The position numbers and the translations under genes were made by a program. The notes beneath the pieces were generated by a model that did no database searches, was not told the DNA's origin, and worked only from the letters and a program-made list of their open reading frames with translations. Positions 39,363 to 47,409 of a stretch of DNA of 47,626 nucleotides are shown here, one piece after another. The stretch's first letter is position 1. Each line of letters opens with the position of its first letter. Source of the DNA: Chloroflexota bacterium (GTDB lineage Bacteria; Chloroflexota; Dehalococcoidia; UBA2247; JAUWOP01); assembly GCA_030612045.1 (NCBI GenBank), contig JAUWOP010000004.1, positions 1-47,626 of the forward strand, read 5' to 3'.

Positions 39363-39866
39363 ATGCCAGAAGAAATAGTCGAAACAAGCAAAAGCACCGC
39401 AGAAGAGCAAACAGTTGAACAGAAGCTGGAGAAGGCTAATACCCGCATTGCAGAGCTTGAAAACCAGAGCGAATCCCTTAAACTAGCCACGGCAGACATC
39501 GATACAATGAGGCTTGCAGAGCAGGCATCGCAAGCAGAAAGCAACCGCTTACAGCAAGCACTTGCGGACACGGTGTCAGGCTATCGAACGCTTGTTACCA
39601 GCCAGCGTCCCGAGATACCAGCCGAGCTTATCCAGGGAAACTCCATCGAGGAAATCACGGCGTCACTGGAAAAGGCTAACGCCATCGTGGAGCATGTTAA
39701 ACAGCATTTCCCGATACCTCCTTCTGGAGTAAACGGCGACAAAGGAGCGGACGCTGTCACCGCTCCCGCCGTTCCTCCAGGCGCACCAGGGAGAGCATCC
39801 CCAGATACCGCAGGCTTGCCAGCCATCGAGAAGATAAAGTTCGGCGTGGCAAACCCAACGGTGTAA
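39363..39866 (+). CDS. Putative phage capsid scaffolding protein
   Basis: Acidic N-terminus, long coiled coil, PAELIQG.SIEEI.ASL, Pro/Ala/Gly linker, short terminal helix; downstream of the portal; SD aaggag. Confidence 0.65.
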   Translation: MPEEIVETSKSTAEEQTVEQKLEKANTRIAELENQSESLKLATADIDTMRLAEQASQAESNRLQQALADTVSGYRTLVTSQRPEIPAELIQGNSIEEITASLEKANAIVEHVKQHFPIPPSGVNGDKGADAVTAPAVPPGAPGRASPDTAGLPAIEKIKFGVANPTV

Positions 39867-39913
39867 AAGAGAAAAGAGAGAAAGAAAGAACCAAAGAAAG
39901 AGAGTAAAGAGAG

Positions 39914-40006
39914 ATGATGATGCAGAGGGGCGGGGGTCCCGGGGTACCAGAGTATATATTAATACTAAGCTTAGTCTTTATACCTTGCATCATCATCGAA
40001 AGATAG
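39914..40006 (+). CDS. Possible 30-aa hydrophobic peptide
   Basis: MMMQRGGGPGVPEYILILSLVFIPCIIIER; no clear SD; bounded by a 12-bp inverted repeat. Confidence 0.25.
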   Translation: MMMQRGGGPGVPEYILILSLVFIPCIIIER

Positions 40007-40032
40007 AGGGGTACTAGGGGGAAAGGAAACCA

Positions 40033-40157
40033 AGTTCATAGAGTTATAGAGTTCATGGAGTTATAGAGTTCCCCCCTCTGTCATTGCGAGGAGCGTAGCA
40101 ACGAAGCAATCTCGGTGGGGTGGGGAACTCAACAAACTCAACAAACTCAACAAACTC
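40033..40157. repeat. Composite repeat copy 2 with nested TGTCATTGCGAG element
   Basis: (gagtt..)n-cccccctc-tgtcattgcgaggagcgtagcaacgaagcaatctc-ggtggggtgggg-(aactcaaca)x3. Confidence 0.9.
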
Positions 40158-40206
40158 GCAGCATTCGTTTCCCGGAAAAAAACTGAGAGAGGCAGGACAG
40201 CAATCA

Positions 40207-40296
40207 GTGGTCAACATTATTTGGGGAATCACTACCGTAATCACAGGAGCAGCACTACTCTTTATACTCGAGCTAATAATTAGAAGAGGAGCCTAA
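40207..40296 (+). CDS. Possible 29-aa single-TM peptide
   Basis: MVNIIWGITTVITGAALLFILELIIRRGA; hydrophobic helix with a basic tail; sits between repeat copies 2 and 3. Confidence 0.4.
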   Translation: MVNIIWGITTVITGAALLFILELIIRRGA

Positions 40297-40297
40297 C

Positions 40298-40464
40298 AGT
40301 TGATAGAGTTATAGAGTTCATGGAGTTCATAGAGTTATAGAGTTCCCACCTCTGTCATTGCGAGGCTTTTCCCCTCTGTCATTGCGAGGAGCGTAGCAAC
40401 GAAGCAATCTCGGTGAGGTGGGGAACTCAACAAACTCAACAAACTCAACAAACTCAAGGAACTA
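40298..40464. repeat. Composite repeat copy 3 with a partially duplicated nested element
   Basis: Near-identical to copy 2; cctctgtcattgcgagg occurs twice (40349, 40373). Confidence 0.9.
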
Positions 40465-40482
40465 AAGAGGAGGTCATAAGCC

Positions 40483-42030
40483 ATGCCAACACTTTTAACC
40501 GACATGCGCACAATGGTCAGGAACGAGCTCAAAGACCTCTCAGCGGACGCCCTGAGTGCTCGCACCGTTGACCGTTGCGAGTCCAACTGGGTAACCGCCC
40601 AGCCAGCGAAGGTAACAGTTACCCATGATACCGACACATACCAGGAGCCTGCAGCCAGCGCCAAGATGGACTGCGCAGCCGACACGCTTGCCGGGTTGCT
40701 GGCATACAAGAACCTTGACACCCCCCTTGACCTTTCCCGCTTTACACACTTGGTAACTTGGGCGAGAGCAAATGTAGGCACAAGCGACACTCTCCTGCAG
40801 GTTGCACTTTCCCCTTACTATAAGTGTGGACAAGCCGAGGTAGTAACGCTCCGACCCAACGCCGCAGGAGACGAAACCAACATTGAAAGGCAAACCCCAG
40901 CAAGCGATGAGCACTGGGATAAAGTGGACGATGTAGTGCCAGATGATGCAGCTACCTATCTACACTCTCAAAACCTTAGTGTATGGGAGAGAGACCTTTA
41001 CGGTATCCCCAGCGGACTAGCCGATGAGCACCCCATATCTCAGGTTAAGGTGAAAATCAGAGCGGCGGGAGTTAGCACCTACGACCACAAGGCAAAGATA
41101 TGTCTTAAGACTCACGGTGTAGTCTACGAGAGCGCAGAGATAGAGATTGCCGATAACGAAGTATGGACTAACTACGAGGAGACATGGGTTGCCAATCCCA
41201 ACACAGGGGCAGCATGGACCAAGAATGAGATAGACGCACTCCAAATTGGAGTCAATGAGTACACTGCGAGCAGCGGAAACTCTACCAAGATAACCCAGGT
41301 ATACTGCGAGGTCACCTATCCAGAGCAGACACCAGAGCTTATTAGCCTACCCGCCCTTATTACTAATGTCTGGAATGAATCTACTGTAGAAGCTAGCCTA
41401 TCCAACCTCTACGATGTCCTGAGTGTAGGGCTTCAGGCTACCGAAGCACTGTCAGCTTGCATCTTCCACTTAGACAACATCAGAGCAGCGAGGTGGGATT
41501 ATCGCTGGACAGATGATGAGCTTGACCAGCACATTAACCACGCCGTGAGAGAGTATTCCTACCATGCCCCCGATGAGAAGACCAGCCCTATTGCCACAGT
41601 AGACGGCAGTCAGGAGGTGGACATCTCCTCACTTGGTGACATAGTGAAAGTCATGAGGGTAGAGTATCCCTTAGACAACAACCCGCAGACATTCCCGAGG
41701 TTCAGTCAGTGGGGAAACACCCTTACCTTAGAGAGCAGCGAAGTCCCCAACGGCAGCAACTGCAAAGTCTACTATGGCGCACTACGCACCCTTACCGCCT
41801 TAGCTACTACCATCCCCGAAAGCGACACCCTTATCATTGCCCTTGGGTCCGCAGGCTACGCCATGCGTGCCTATGCCAGCTACTCCCCATCCATGGCAGG
41901 AGCAGGCAGCCAAACCCCCGCCTACTACCGTACGCAAGCTGAGACACTCCTTGCCCGCTTCTACGACATCCTCAAAAAGCGTGGACGCATGGGCAAGGTT
42001 CGCAACGCCAGCCTCTACGCGCCCCTTTAG
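40483..42030 (+). CDS. Phage head-tail adaptor-like protein with a ~320-aa beta-rich insertion
   Basis: N-terminal LTDMRTMVRNELKD and C-terminal YRWTDDELDQHINHAV..VEYP..TIP..LIIALG look like two halves of an adaptor; SD aggaggt. Confidence 0.6.
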   Translation: MPTLLTDMRTMVRNELKDLSADALSARTVDRCESNWVTAQPAKVTVTHDTDTYQEPAASAKMDCAADTLAGLLAYKNLDTPLDLSRFTHLVTWARANVGTSDTLLQVALSPYYKCGQAEVVTLRPNAAGDETNIERQTPASDEHWDKVDDVVPDDAATYLHSQNLSVWERDLYGIPSGLADEHPISQVKVKIRAAGVSTYDHKAKICLKTHGVVYESAEIEIADNEVWTNYEETWVANPNTGAAWTKNEIDALQIGVNEYTASSGNSTKITQVYCEVTYPEQTPELISLPALITNVWNESTVEASLSNLYDVLSVGLQATEALSACIFHLDNIRAARWDYRWTDDELDQHINHAVREYSYHAPDEKTSPIATVDGSQEVDISSLGDIVKVMRVEYPLDNNPQTFPRFSQWGNTLTLESSEVPNGSNCKVYYGALRTLTALATTIPESDTLIIALGSAGYAMRAYASYSPSMAGAGSQTPAYYRTQAETLLARFYDILKKRGRMGKVRNASLYAPL

Positions 42031-42069
42031 GTCTCTAAGCTATTAATTTTAGAATTCTTCCATCATCTC

Positions 42070-42240
42070 TTATTTATCTCTCACACGTACAATATGCTCA
42101 TACATTGAGACATTTATTTTATCAACGTCCCTCTCTATATAGATGGGGCAATAAACAGTTTGGCACTTACCTGCAAGGCACCTCACTCTCTTATCATACG
42201 GACATTCTCGGCTTACCTCACTTATTTCTATGACCTCCAC
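42070..42240 (-). CDS. Possible 56-aa four-Cys protein (absent from the ORF track)
   Basis: (M)EVIEISEVSRECPYDKRVRCLAGKCQTVYCPIY..; aaaggagg upstream but directly adjacent to the GTG. Confidence 0.35.
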   Translation of the reverse strand: MEVIEISEVSRECPYDKRVRCLAGKCQTVYCPIYIERDVDKINVSMYEHIVRVRDK

Positions 42241-42401
42241 CCTCCTTTCAATAAAAGGGGCTTCCCGCCTTTCCTAGCCATCGGACGATTCTACCATATT
42301 TACACCACGAAATAAACCTTTAGTCTCTTACAATTATCCACATATCCATCACTGTCCACAAAGAAAGAAAGGTAACCGTTCACTTGAACGAGTACTCTAC
42401 A

Positions 42402-42431
42402 TTGACAGTCGGTGAGATAAACTATTATAAT
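42402..42431 (+). promoter_or_regulatory. Putative sigma70 promoter of the CoA-transferase genes
   Basis: TTGACA-18 nt-TATAAT; upstream palindrome cgttca-ct-tgaacg at 42377-42390. Confidence 0.65.
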
Positions 42432-42527
42432 ACCCGCAGAAGTAGGTTAATTAAGGAACTGTCAAGATGAGGCACCTTTAGTGATGTCACCTATAGTCAG
42501 TTGTATGAGTTATCATGCAATTCCCTT

Positions 42528-42625
42528 CTGTTATTGCGAGCAATCCGAAGACGCAAAGCTAATCTATTTTCTCCTACCGTGATATTGGCATTGTGTCTTT
42601 GTCGGTATGCTCCCTGCAGTGACAT
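42528..42625. repeat. Degenerate inverted pair of TGTCATTGCGAG-type repeats
   Basis: ctgttattgcgagcaatccgaagacgcaaagctaatct ... ctgcagtgaca; shares cgaagacgcaa.gctaatct with the 3100-3142 copy (reverse strand). Confidence 0.55.
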
Positions 42626-42684
42626 AGTGTGGTATCTTTGTAAGGTACTATAATTAACTTTGGTTAAAGGAGAGTGCTAGTTAT

Positions 42685-43425
42685 ATGGACAAAGTGTACT
42701 CCAGTGTAGAGGAGGCGGTAGCAAATATAGAAGATGGAGCAACAATAGCAATACCGGGGTTTTTTGCTGCCGGTGTTCCCAGAGTTTTGCTCCAGGCGCT
42801 AATTAAGAAAGGCACAAAGAATCTTACATTAGCATGTGGGTGTGGACCAATGCTGGGAGCTGCTGAAGAGTTGACTCAGCTTGTAAAGAATAAACAAATT
42901 AAGAAGGTGATAGATTCCTATGGGCTTTATCGCTCTGCTACCAAAGGTCTCCAAGATCCTTTTGAACAAGCGGTTAGGGCTAGTGAGATAGAGCTAGAGG
43001 TTTATCCAATGGGGACTCTGGCAGAAAAGTATCGAGTAGCTGGAGCTGGAATCCCTGCTTTCTATACTCCAACTGGAGTAGGCTCGGTAGTGGAAGAGCA
43101 TATTGTTACCAACATTATAGCAAATCGAAAGCCGAAGGAGACAAGGGTATTTGATGGGAAAAAGTATGTCTTGGAATATGCCCTGAAGACAGATTACGCC
43201 TTCATTCACGCCTACATGGGGGATAGAGAAGGTAATCTGGTATATAGGAAGACAGCGAGGAACTTTAACCCTGTAATGGCCACGGCAGGCAAGATAACCA
43301 TTGCTGAGGTTGAGAAGCTGGTGGAATCAGGCAAAATTGAACCAGACTGCGTTCACACCGCCGGGGTATACGTACAGCGTGTGGTAGAGGTACCTCGAGT
43401 CAGTTTTGCTATAACTATAGACTAA
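42685..43425 (+). CDS. 3-oxoacid CoA-transferase subunit A
   Basis: PMGTLAE..R..GAGIPAFYTPTGVG, GNLVYRKTARNFNP, IAEVE. Confidence 0.93.
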   Translation: MDKVYSSVEEAVANIEDGATIAIPGFFAAGVPRVLLQALIKKGTKNLTLACGCGPMLGAAEELTQLVKNKQIKKVIDSYGLYRSATKGLQDPFEQAVRASEIELEVYPMGTLAEKYRVAGAGIPAFYTPTGVGSVVEEHIVTNIIANRKPKETRVFDGKKYVLEYALKTDYAFIHAYMGDREGNLVYRKTARNFNPVMATAGKITIAEVEKLVESGKIEPDCVHTAGVYVQRVVEVPRVSFAITID

Positions 43426-43446
43426 ATTGGTGGAAAAGGAGAGAAA

Positions 43447-44124
43447 ATGCCACAGAAATTTCAAGGGCTACCTCGAGAGATGATTGCCCTACGAGCGAGC
43501 AGAGAGATAAAAGATGGTGACTATGTGAACCTGGGGATAGGAATACCCACACTTGTTAGCAACTGGATAGAGGGTAAAGATGTAACACTTCAATCAGAGA
43601 TAGGTATGACTAAAACGGGACCTTTAGCTTTTGATGACGATGTAGACCAAGACCTCATAAATGCAAGCTGCCAGCCAGTAACGGAGCTTCCCGGAATTGC
43701 TTATTTCGACATATTCGACTCCTTTGGCATGATAAGAGGTGGGTATATGGATGTTATCATGATGGGTGCCCTCCAGGTTAATGGTAGAGGTGACTATGCT
43801 GGATGGGCAAATCCGGCAGCGAGAGGGATGGATATTGGAAATATCGGAGGCTCTATGGACCTGTGTGCCGGGGCAACCAAGCTCTTCATCACTATGATGC
43901 ATACTGACCCCGATGGGGGTCCTAAAGTTGTGAACGAGATAACCTTTCCCTACACTACGAAAGGAAAGGTTAATATGATATTCACTGACCTTGCTGTAAT
44001 TGAGATTACGCCTGAAGGTCCTGTTCTTAAGGAGGTCTTCCCTGGGCTTACCCCTGAAGATATCCAGTCAGTAACTGGGGCCAAGCTTATAATAGCACCC
44101 GACCTGAAGGAGATAGAGCTGTAG
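43447..44124 (+). CDS. 3-oxoacid CoA-transferase subunit B
   Basis: VNLGIGIPT, QSEIG (catalytic Glu), SFGMIRGG, GGSMDL. Confidence 0.93.
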   Translation: MPQKFQGLPREMIALRASREIKDGDYVNLGIGIPTLVSNWIEGKDVTLQSEIGMTKTGPLAFDDDVDQDLINASCQPVTELPGIAYFDIFDSFGMIRGGYMDVIMMGALQVNGRGDYAGWANPAARGMDIGNIGGSMDLCAGATKLFITMMHTDPDGGPKVVNEITFPYTTKGKVNMIFTDLAVIEITPEGPVLKEVFPGLTPEDIQSVTGAKLIIAPDLKEIEL

Positions 44125-44225
44125 ATTGTCACAGTTAAGTGAAACGACCAAATAATTCTCTTATGTCAGAGGGGGATTCTTTATCTTTTGGCTCAGGATG
44201 ATGGGGTATTTGAGTTGGTAGGGAG

Positions 44226-45020
44226 CTATTCTATTATCTTAGTGAACTCAGAGTAAACTATTCCGTTGCTCGCAATGAGTTGTGAGCTTTTGTAGGTAGC
44301 CGGCTCCCCTGCCCAGTCTGTTATCCTGCCTCCTGCCTCATTTATCAGCAGGATGCCGCTGGCTGAATCCCAGGGGTAGAGATAGGCATGGAGATAGACA
44401 TCAAATCTACCACAGGAAACATACGCCAGCCCCAGTGCCGCTGAACCCATAATTCTCAACCCGTGTATCCCTGGCCAGAGGGTTTGCATCATGTCCAGAA
44501 TCCTCTTCCCTTCCTCAGAATCATATCCTAAATCGCAGCCGATAAAGGAGGACTTTACCTTCGGTCTAACGGATACGGAAATAGGGTAGTGATTCAGGAA
44601 AGCCCCATCTCCCTTTTGAGCATGGAATAACTCCTTGCGTATAGGGTCATAGGTGAGCCCCAGTATCACATCTTCTTCGTATGCCAGAGCAATATTTGTG
44701 GCAAAGAAGGGCACACCAAATAGATAATTATTGGTGCCATCCAGGGGGTCAATTATCCAGGTGTAGGGTGAATCGGTGTTGATTTGAGGTGATTCCTCAG
44801 AAAGGAAGTTATACTCAGGGTACTCCCCCTGAAGAATATCCAGAATTGCCTTTTCTGCTGCAATATCTGCATCAGTAACGACATTAGCCCTACCCGGCTT
44901 ATAGTTCACCTCCCTTTGACCAGGAAGATGGCTCAAGAGAAGGCTTCCAGCTTGTTTTGCTGCCCAGATAGCTACCTCCAGGGCAGTCTTACCACTTCGG
45001 GATAATGGCAACATGGGCAA
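44226..45020 (-). CDS. suhB: Inositol monophosphatase family protein (start TTG 45020 or ATG 45014)
   Basis: VTDAD, SEE, WIIDPLDGTNNY, GSAAL, PWD.A.G.L...EAGG. Confidence 0.92.
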   Translation of the reverse strand: MPMLPLSRSGKTALEVAIWAAKQAGSLLLSHLPGQREVNYKPGRANVVTDADIAAEKAILDILQGEYPEYNFLSEESPQINTDSPYTWIIDPLDGTNNYLFGVPFFATNIALAYEEDVILGLTYDPIRKELFHAQKGDGAFLNHYPISVSVRPKVKSSFIGCDLGYDSEEGKRILDMMQTLWPGIHGLRIMGSAALGLAYVSCGRFDVYLHAYLYPWDSASGILLINEAGGRITDWAGEPATYKSSQLIASNGIVYSEFTKIIE

Positions 45021-45043
45021 GATATACTCCTCCCCTGATGTGT

Positions 45044-46021
45044 TCAAGTTAGCCCCATTCTCATCTTGGCTTCACTCAGAGTTACTTCGGCGATGGCACG
45101 AGCGCGGCATGCCCCTTCCTGTAAGACTTCTTCTATGTAGTCTGGTCTGGATTCCAGTTCTCTCCGCCTCTCCCTAAAGGGCTCCAGGTTCGTGTTTATC
45201 CCTTTAGCCAGAAGTTTTTTGCAGTCAACACACCCAATTCCTGCAGAACGGCATTCTAAAGCTACCTCAGCTACTCTACCTGCAGTAAAGAATTGATGCA
45301 GAGAGTAGATATTGCATAACTCAGGATGACCAGGGTCTCTCCTATACTTACGGCTAGGGTCGGTAAAGGCACTCATGATTCGCTCCACTGTTTCCTCAGG
45401 TGAGGAAGCAAGGTCAACCTGATTATTGTAGCTCTTGCTCATCTTCTGAGTTCCATCCAGACCACGGATAAGGGGTACGGTAGTGAGCTTCGCCTGAGGC
45501 TCAGGAAAGGTGTAGCCATAGAGGTGATTAAAACGGCGCACGATTTCCCTTGCCAACTCCAGGTGTGGCAGTTGGTCTTCACCCACAGGGACAATTTCCC
45601 CCTTGTAGAGTATAATATCCGCAGTCATCAGGATGGGGTATCCTACCAGCCCATAATTCACATTCTCCTTCTGTGAGTGTACCTTCTCCTTAAAAGTAGG
45701 CACCCTGAGCAGCCAACTCAGAGGAGTGACCATACTGAGCATTGTATGAAGTTGCATCACCTCAGGAACATGAGATTGTACAAAGAGAATACTCTTCTCA
45801 GGGTCAAGCCCGGCAGCCAGCCAGTCGAGCAACATCTCGCGGATATTACCCTTGAGATGAGAAACCTCCTCCGCTCCCTCTAAAGAGGTCAGAGCATGAA
45901 TATCAACGATACAGTAGATGCATTCATGTTCCCTTTGTAGTTTCACATAATTCTGAATTGCCCCTACATAGTTCCCCAGGTGTTGCCTGCCTGTGGGACG
46001 GGCACCAGAGAAGACACGCAT
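45044..46021 (-). CDS. trpS: Tryptophan--tRNA ligase
   Basis: SGARPTG..HLGNY, YPILMTADI, VPVGEDQ, KMSKS. Confidence 0.97.
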   Translation of the reverse strand: MRVFSGARPTGRQHLGNYVGAIQNYVKLQREHECIYCIVDIHALTSLEGAEEVSHLKGNIREMLLDWLAAGLDPEKSILFVQSHVPEVMQLHTMLSMVTPLSWLLRVPTFKEKVHSQKENVNYGLVGYPILMTADIILYKGEIVPVGEDQLPHLELAREIVRRFNHLYGYTFPEPQAKLTTVPLIRGLDGTQKMSKSYNNQVDLASSPEETVERIMSAFTDPSRKYRRDPGHPELCNIYSLHQFFTAGRVAEVALECRSAGIGCVDCKKLLAKGINTNLEPFRERRRELESRPDYIEEVLQEGACRARAIAEVTLSEAKMRMGLT

Positions 46022-47335
46022 CTATTTCCCCTTCTCATGTATAATTGGATTAGGGTGGTTTTCTGTAGGAGTGACCTTCGATATGTCAGGGACTAAAGAT
46101 TTCTCTTGGTAGAAAGCATATGCCTCTGATGGTCTAGCACGGAGGTTAGACTGTATGAAGCAGAAGGGGTCCTCTGCCAGATAGTTGCCTGTGTGAGCGT
46201 ATGCCCTTCCTCTACAGCCCCCACACATCTCAGTATAGAGACACTCCCCACACCTGCCCTCCAGGTTCTTTCTGTCCCTGAGGGTTTGGAATAGCTCTGA
46301 TTCCCTCCAGATAGTTTCCAAAGGGATATGGCGCACATTCCCGGCGCTTACGGGAATAAAGGGACATGCCCAGACATCCCCATTGGGTTTGATGTAGCAT
46401 AGTCCTCTACCTGCCACACAACCCTTGAAGAATCTCGAGGCAATGCCTACTCTAGGAGTTCTGCCATCCTGACCTGTGAGATAAGCCCAGTACTGCGGGG
46501 CACAGGTTGGCTCGATAATAGGGTAGCAGTTTCGCTGTCTTTCTGCCACACTCTTCATCAGCTCAGCATACTCTTTGGGGAGAATCTCCAGATTTTCCTC
46601 TGCTCCTCGCCCCTGGGGGATCAGGTTGTATAAAAGGACAATCTCAGCATCCAACTGGTGGGCAAGGTCAAGGATTTGAGGAATCTCATGGTAGTTATGC
46701 CTCATGACAGTAACATTAATTTGCAACAGCATACCTGCTTCCTTGGTAGCATGGATGCCTTGCATGGTACGGTCAAAGCATCCATCAACCCCTCGGATGT
46801 AGTCATGCAGGGATGGAGTAGCAGCATCGAGCCCGATAGCTACATCACACACCCCTGCCTTCTTCAACCGTCTGGCAAGCTCTGGAGTAATCAGTGTTCC
46901 GTTGGTAGCAATGGCAATTTCCAGACCAAGAGCAGAGGCATATTCAATAAGCTCTATAATGTCTTTTCTTACCAGTGGTTCTCCTCCTGTGAGAACCAGC
47001 ATACGGAATTCTTTGACTGCGGCTATCTGGTCCAGCAGCATTTTACCTTCTTCAGTGGTTAGCTCCTCTGCTGATGGTTTACCTCCACTAGCATGGCAGT
47101 GGCGGCAGTGGAGGTTGCAGGCAGTGGTGACCTCCCATACTGGGTGAATGGGGAATCCGATACAACCCATTCCTATGGCACCGGCTGCAGTAGGTAGTGT
47201 TTTGCGACCTTTGAGTAGCCAGTGGGGCAACTTACTCCAGCGAACGAGATAGGCGAAGTACAGGGCTGCGAGTGCCTGTTTCATTACCAGTGTTGGTGGG
47301 TTGTAGAAGGATTTAGTTACCTTTTTAGGTCGCAT
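46022..47335 (-). CDS. Radical SAM/SPASM protein (NirJ/AhbC-D-like superfamily; start uncertain)
   Basis: CNLHCRHC, TGGEPL, TNG, SPASM cysteines C..CP..CGEC..CGGCR..C. Confidence 0.88.
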   Translation of the reverse strand: MRPKKVTKSFYNPPTLVMKQALAALYFAYLVRWSKLPHWLLKGRKTLPTAAGAIGMGCIGFPIHPVWEVTTACNLHCRHCHASGGKPSAEELTTEEGKMLLDQIAAVKEFRMLVLTGGEPLVRKDIIELIEYASALGLEIAIATNGTLITPELARRLKKAGVCDVAIGLDAATPSLHDYIRGVDGCFDRTMQGIHATKEAGMLLQINVTVMRHNYHEIPQILDLAHQLDAEIVLLYNLIPQGRGAEENLEILPKEYAELMKSVAERQRNCYPIIEPTCAPQYWAYLTGQDGRTPRVGIASRFFKGCVAGRGLCYIKPNGDVWACPFIPVSAGNVRHIPLETIWRESELFQTLRDRKNLEGRCGECLYTEMCGGCRGRAYAHTGNYLAEDPFCFIQSNLRARPSEAYAFYQEKSLVPDISKVTPTENHPNPIIHEKGK

Positions 47336-47409
47336 GCTAGTCAAAAACCCAGTCCCCCACGACAAGCTCACTGCTATTATACACTAAACACCAAAACTTC
47401 TCTTCTATC

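Larger units (their letters stand above)
36540..42260 (+). mobile_element. Phage-derived gene cluster (defective prophage, satellite or domesticated module); boundaries approximate
   Basis: Portal, scaffold-like and adaptor-like genes, small overlapping ORFs, A/C-rich plus strand unlike the G/T-rich flanking host genes; no integrase, terminase or capsid seen. Confidence 0.7.

Noticed and set aside
39204-40464. CRISPR array
   Set aside because: Units are 80-165 bp composite low-complexity repeats with irregular spacing of hundreds of bp; no cas genes
40335-40790. Minus-strand ORF with LSLLSLLSLL and a RDCFVATLLAMT repeat peptide
   Set aside because: Translation of the repeat cassette and the antisense strand of the adaptor gene
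42334-42360. DnaA box TTATCCACA plus one degenerate copy, suggesting an origin
   Set aside because: Only one perfect box; no dnaA/dnaN and no box cluster
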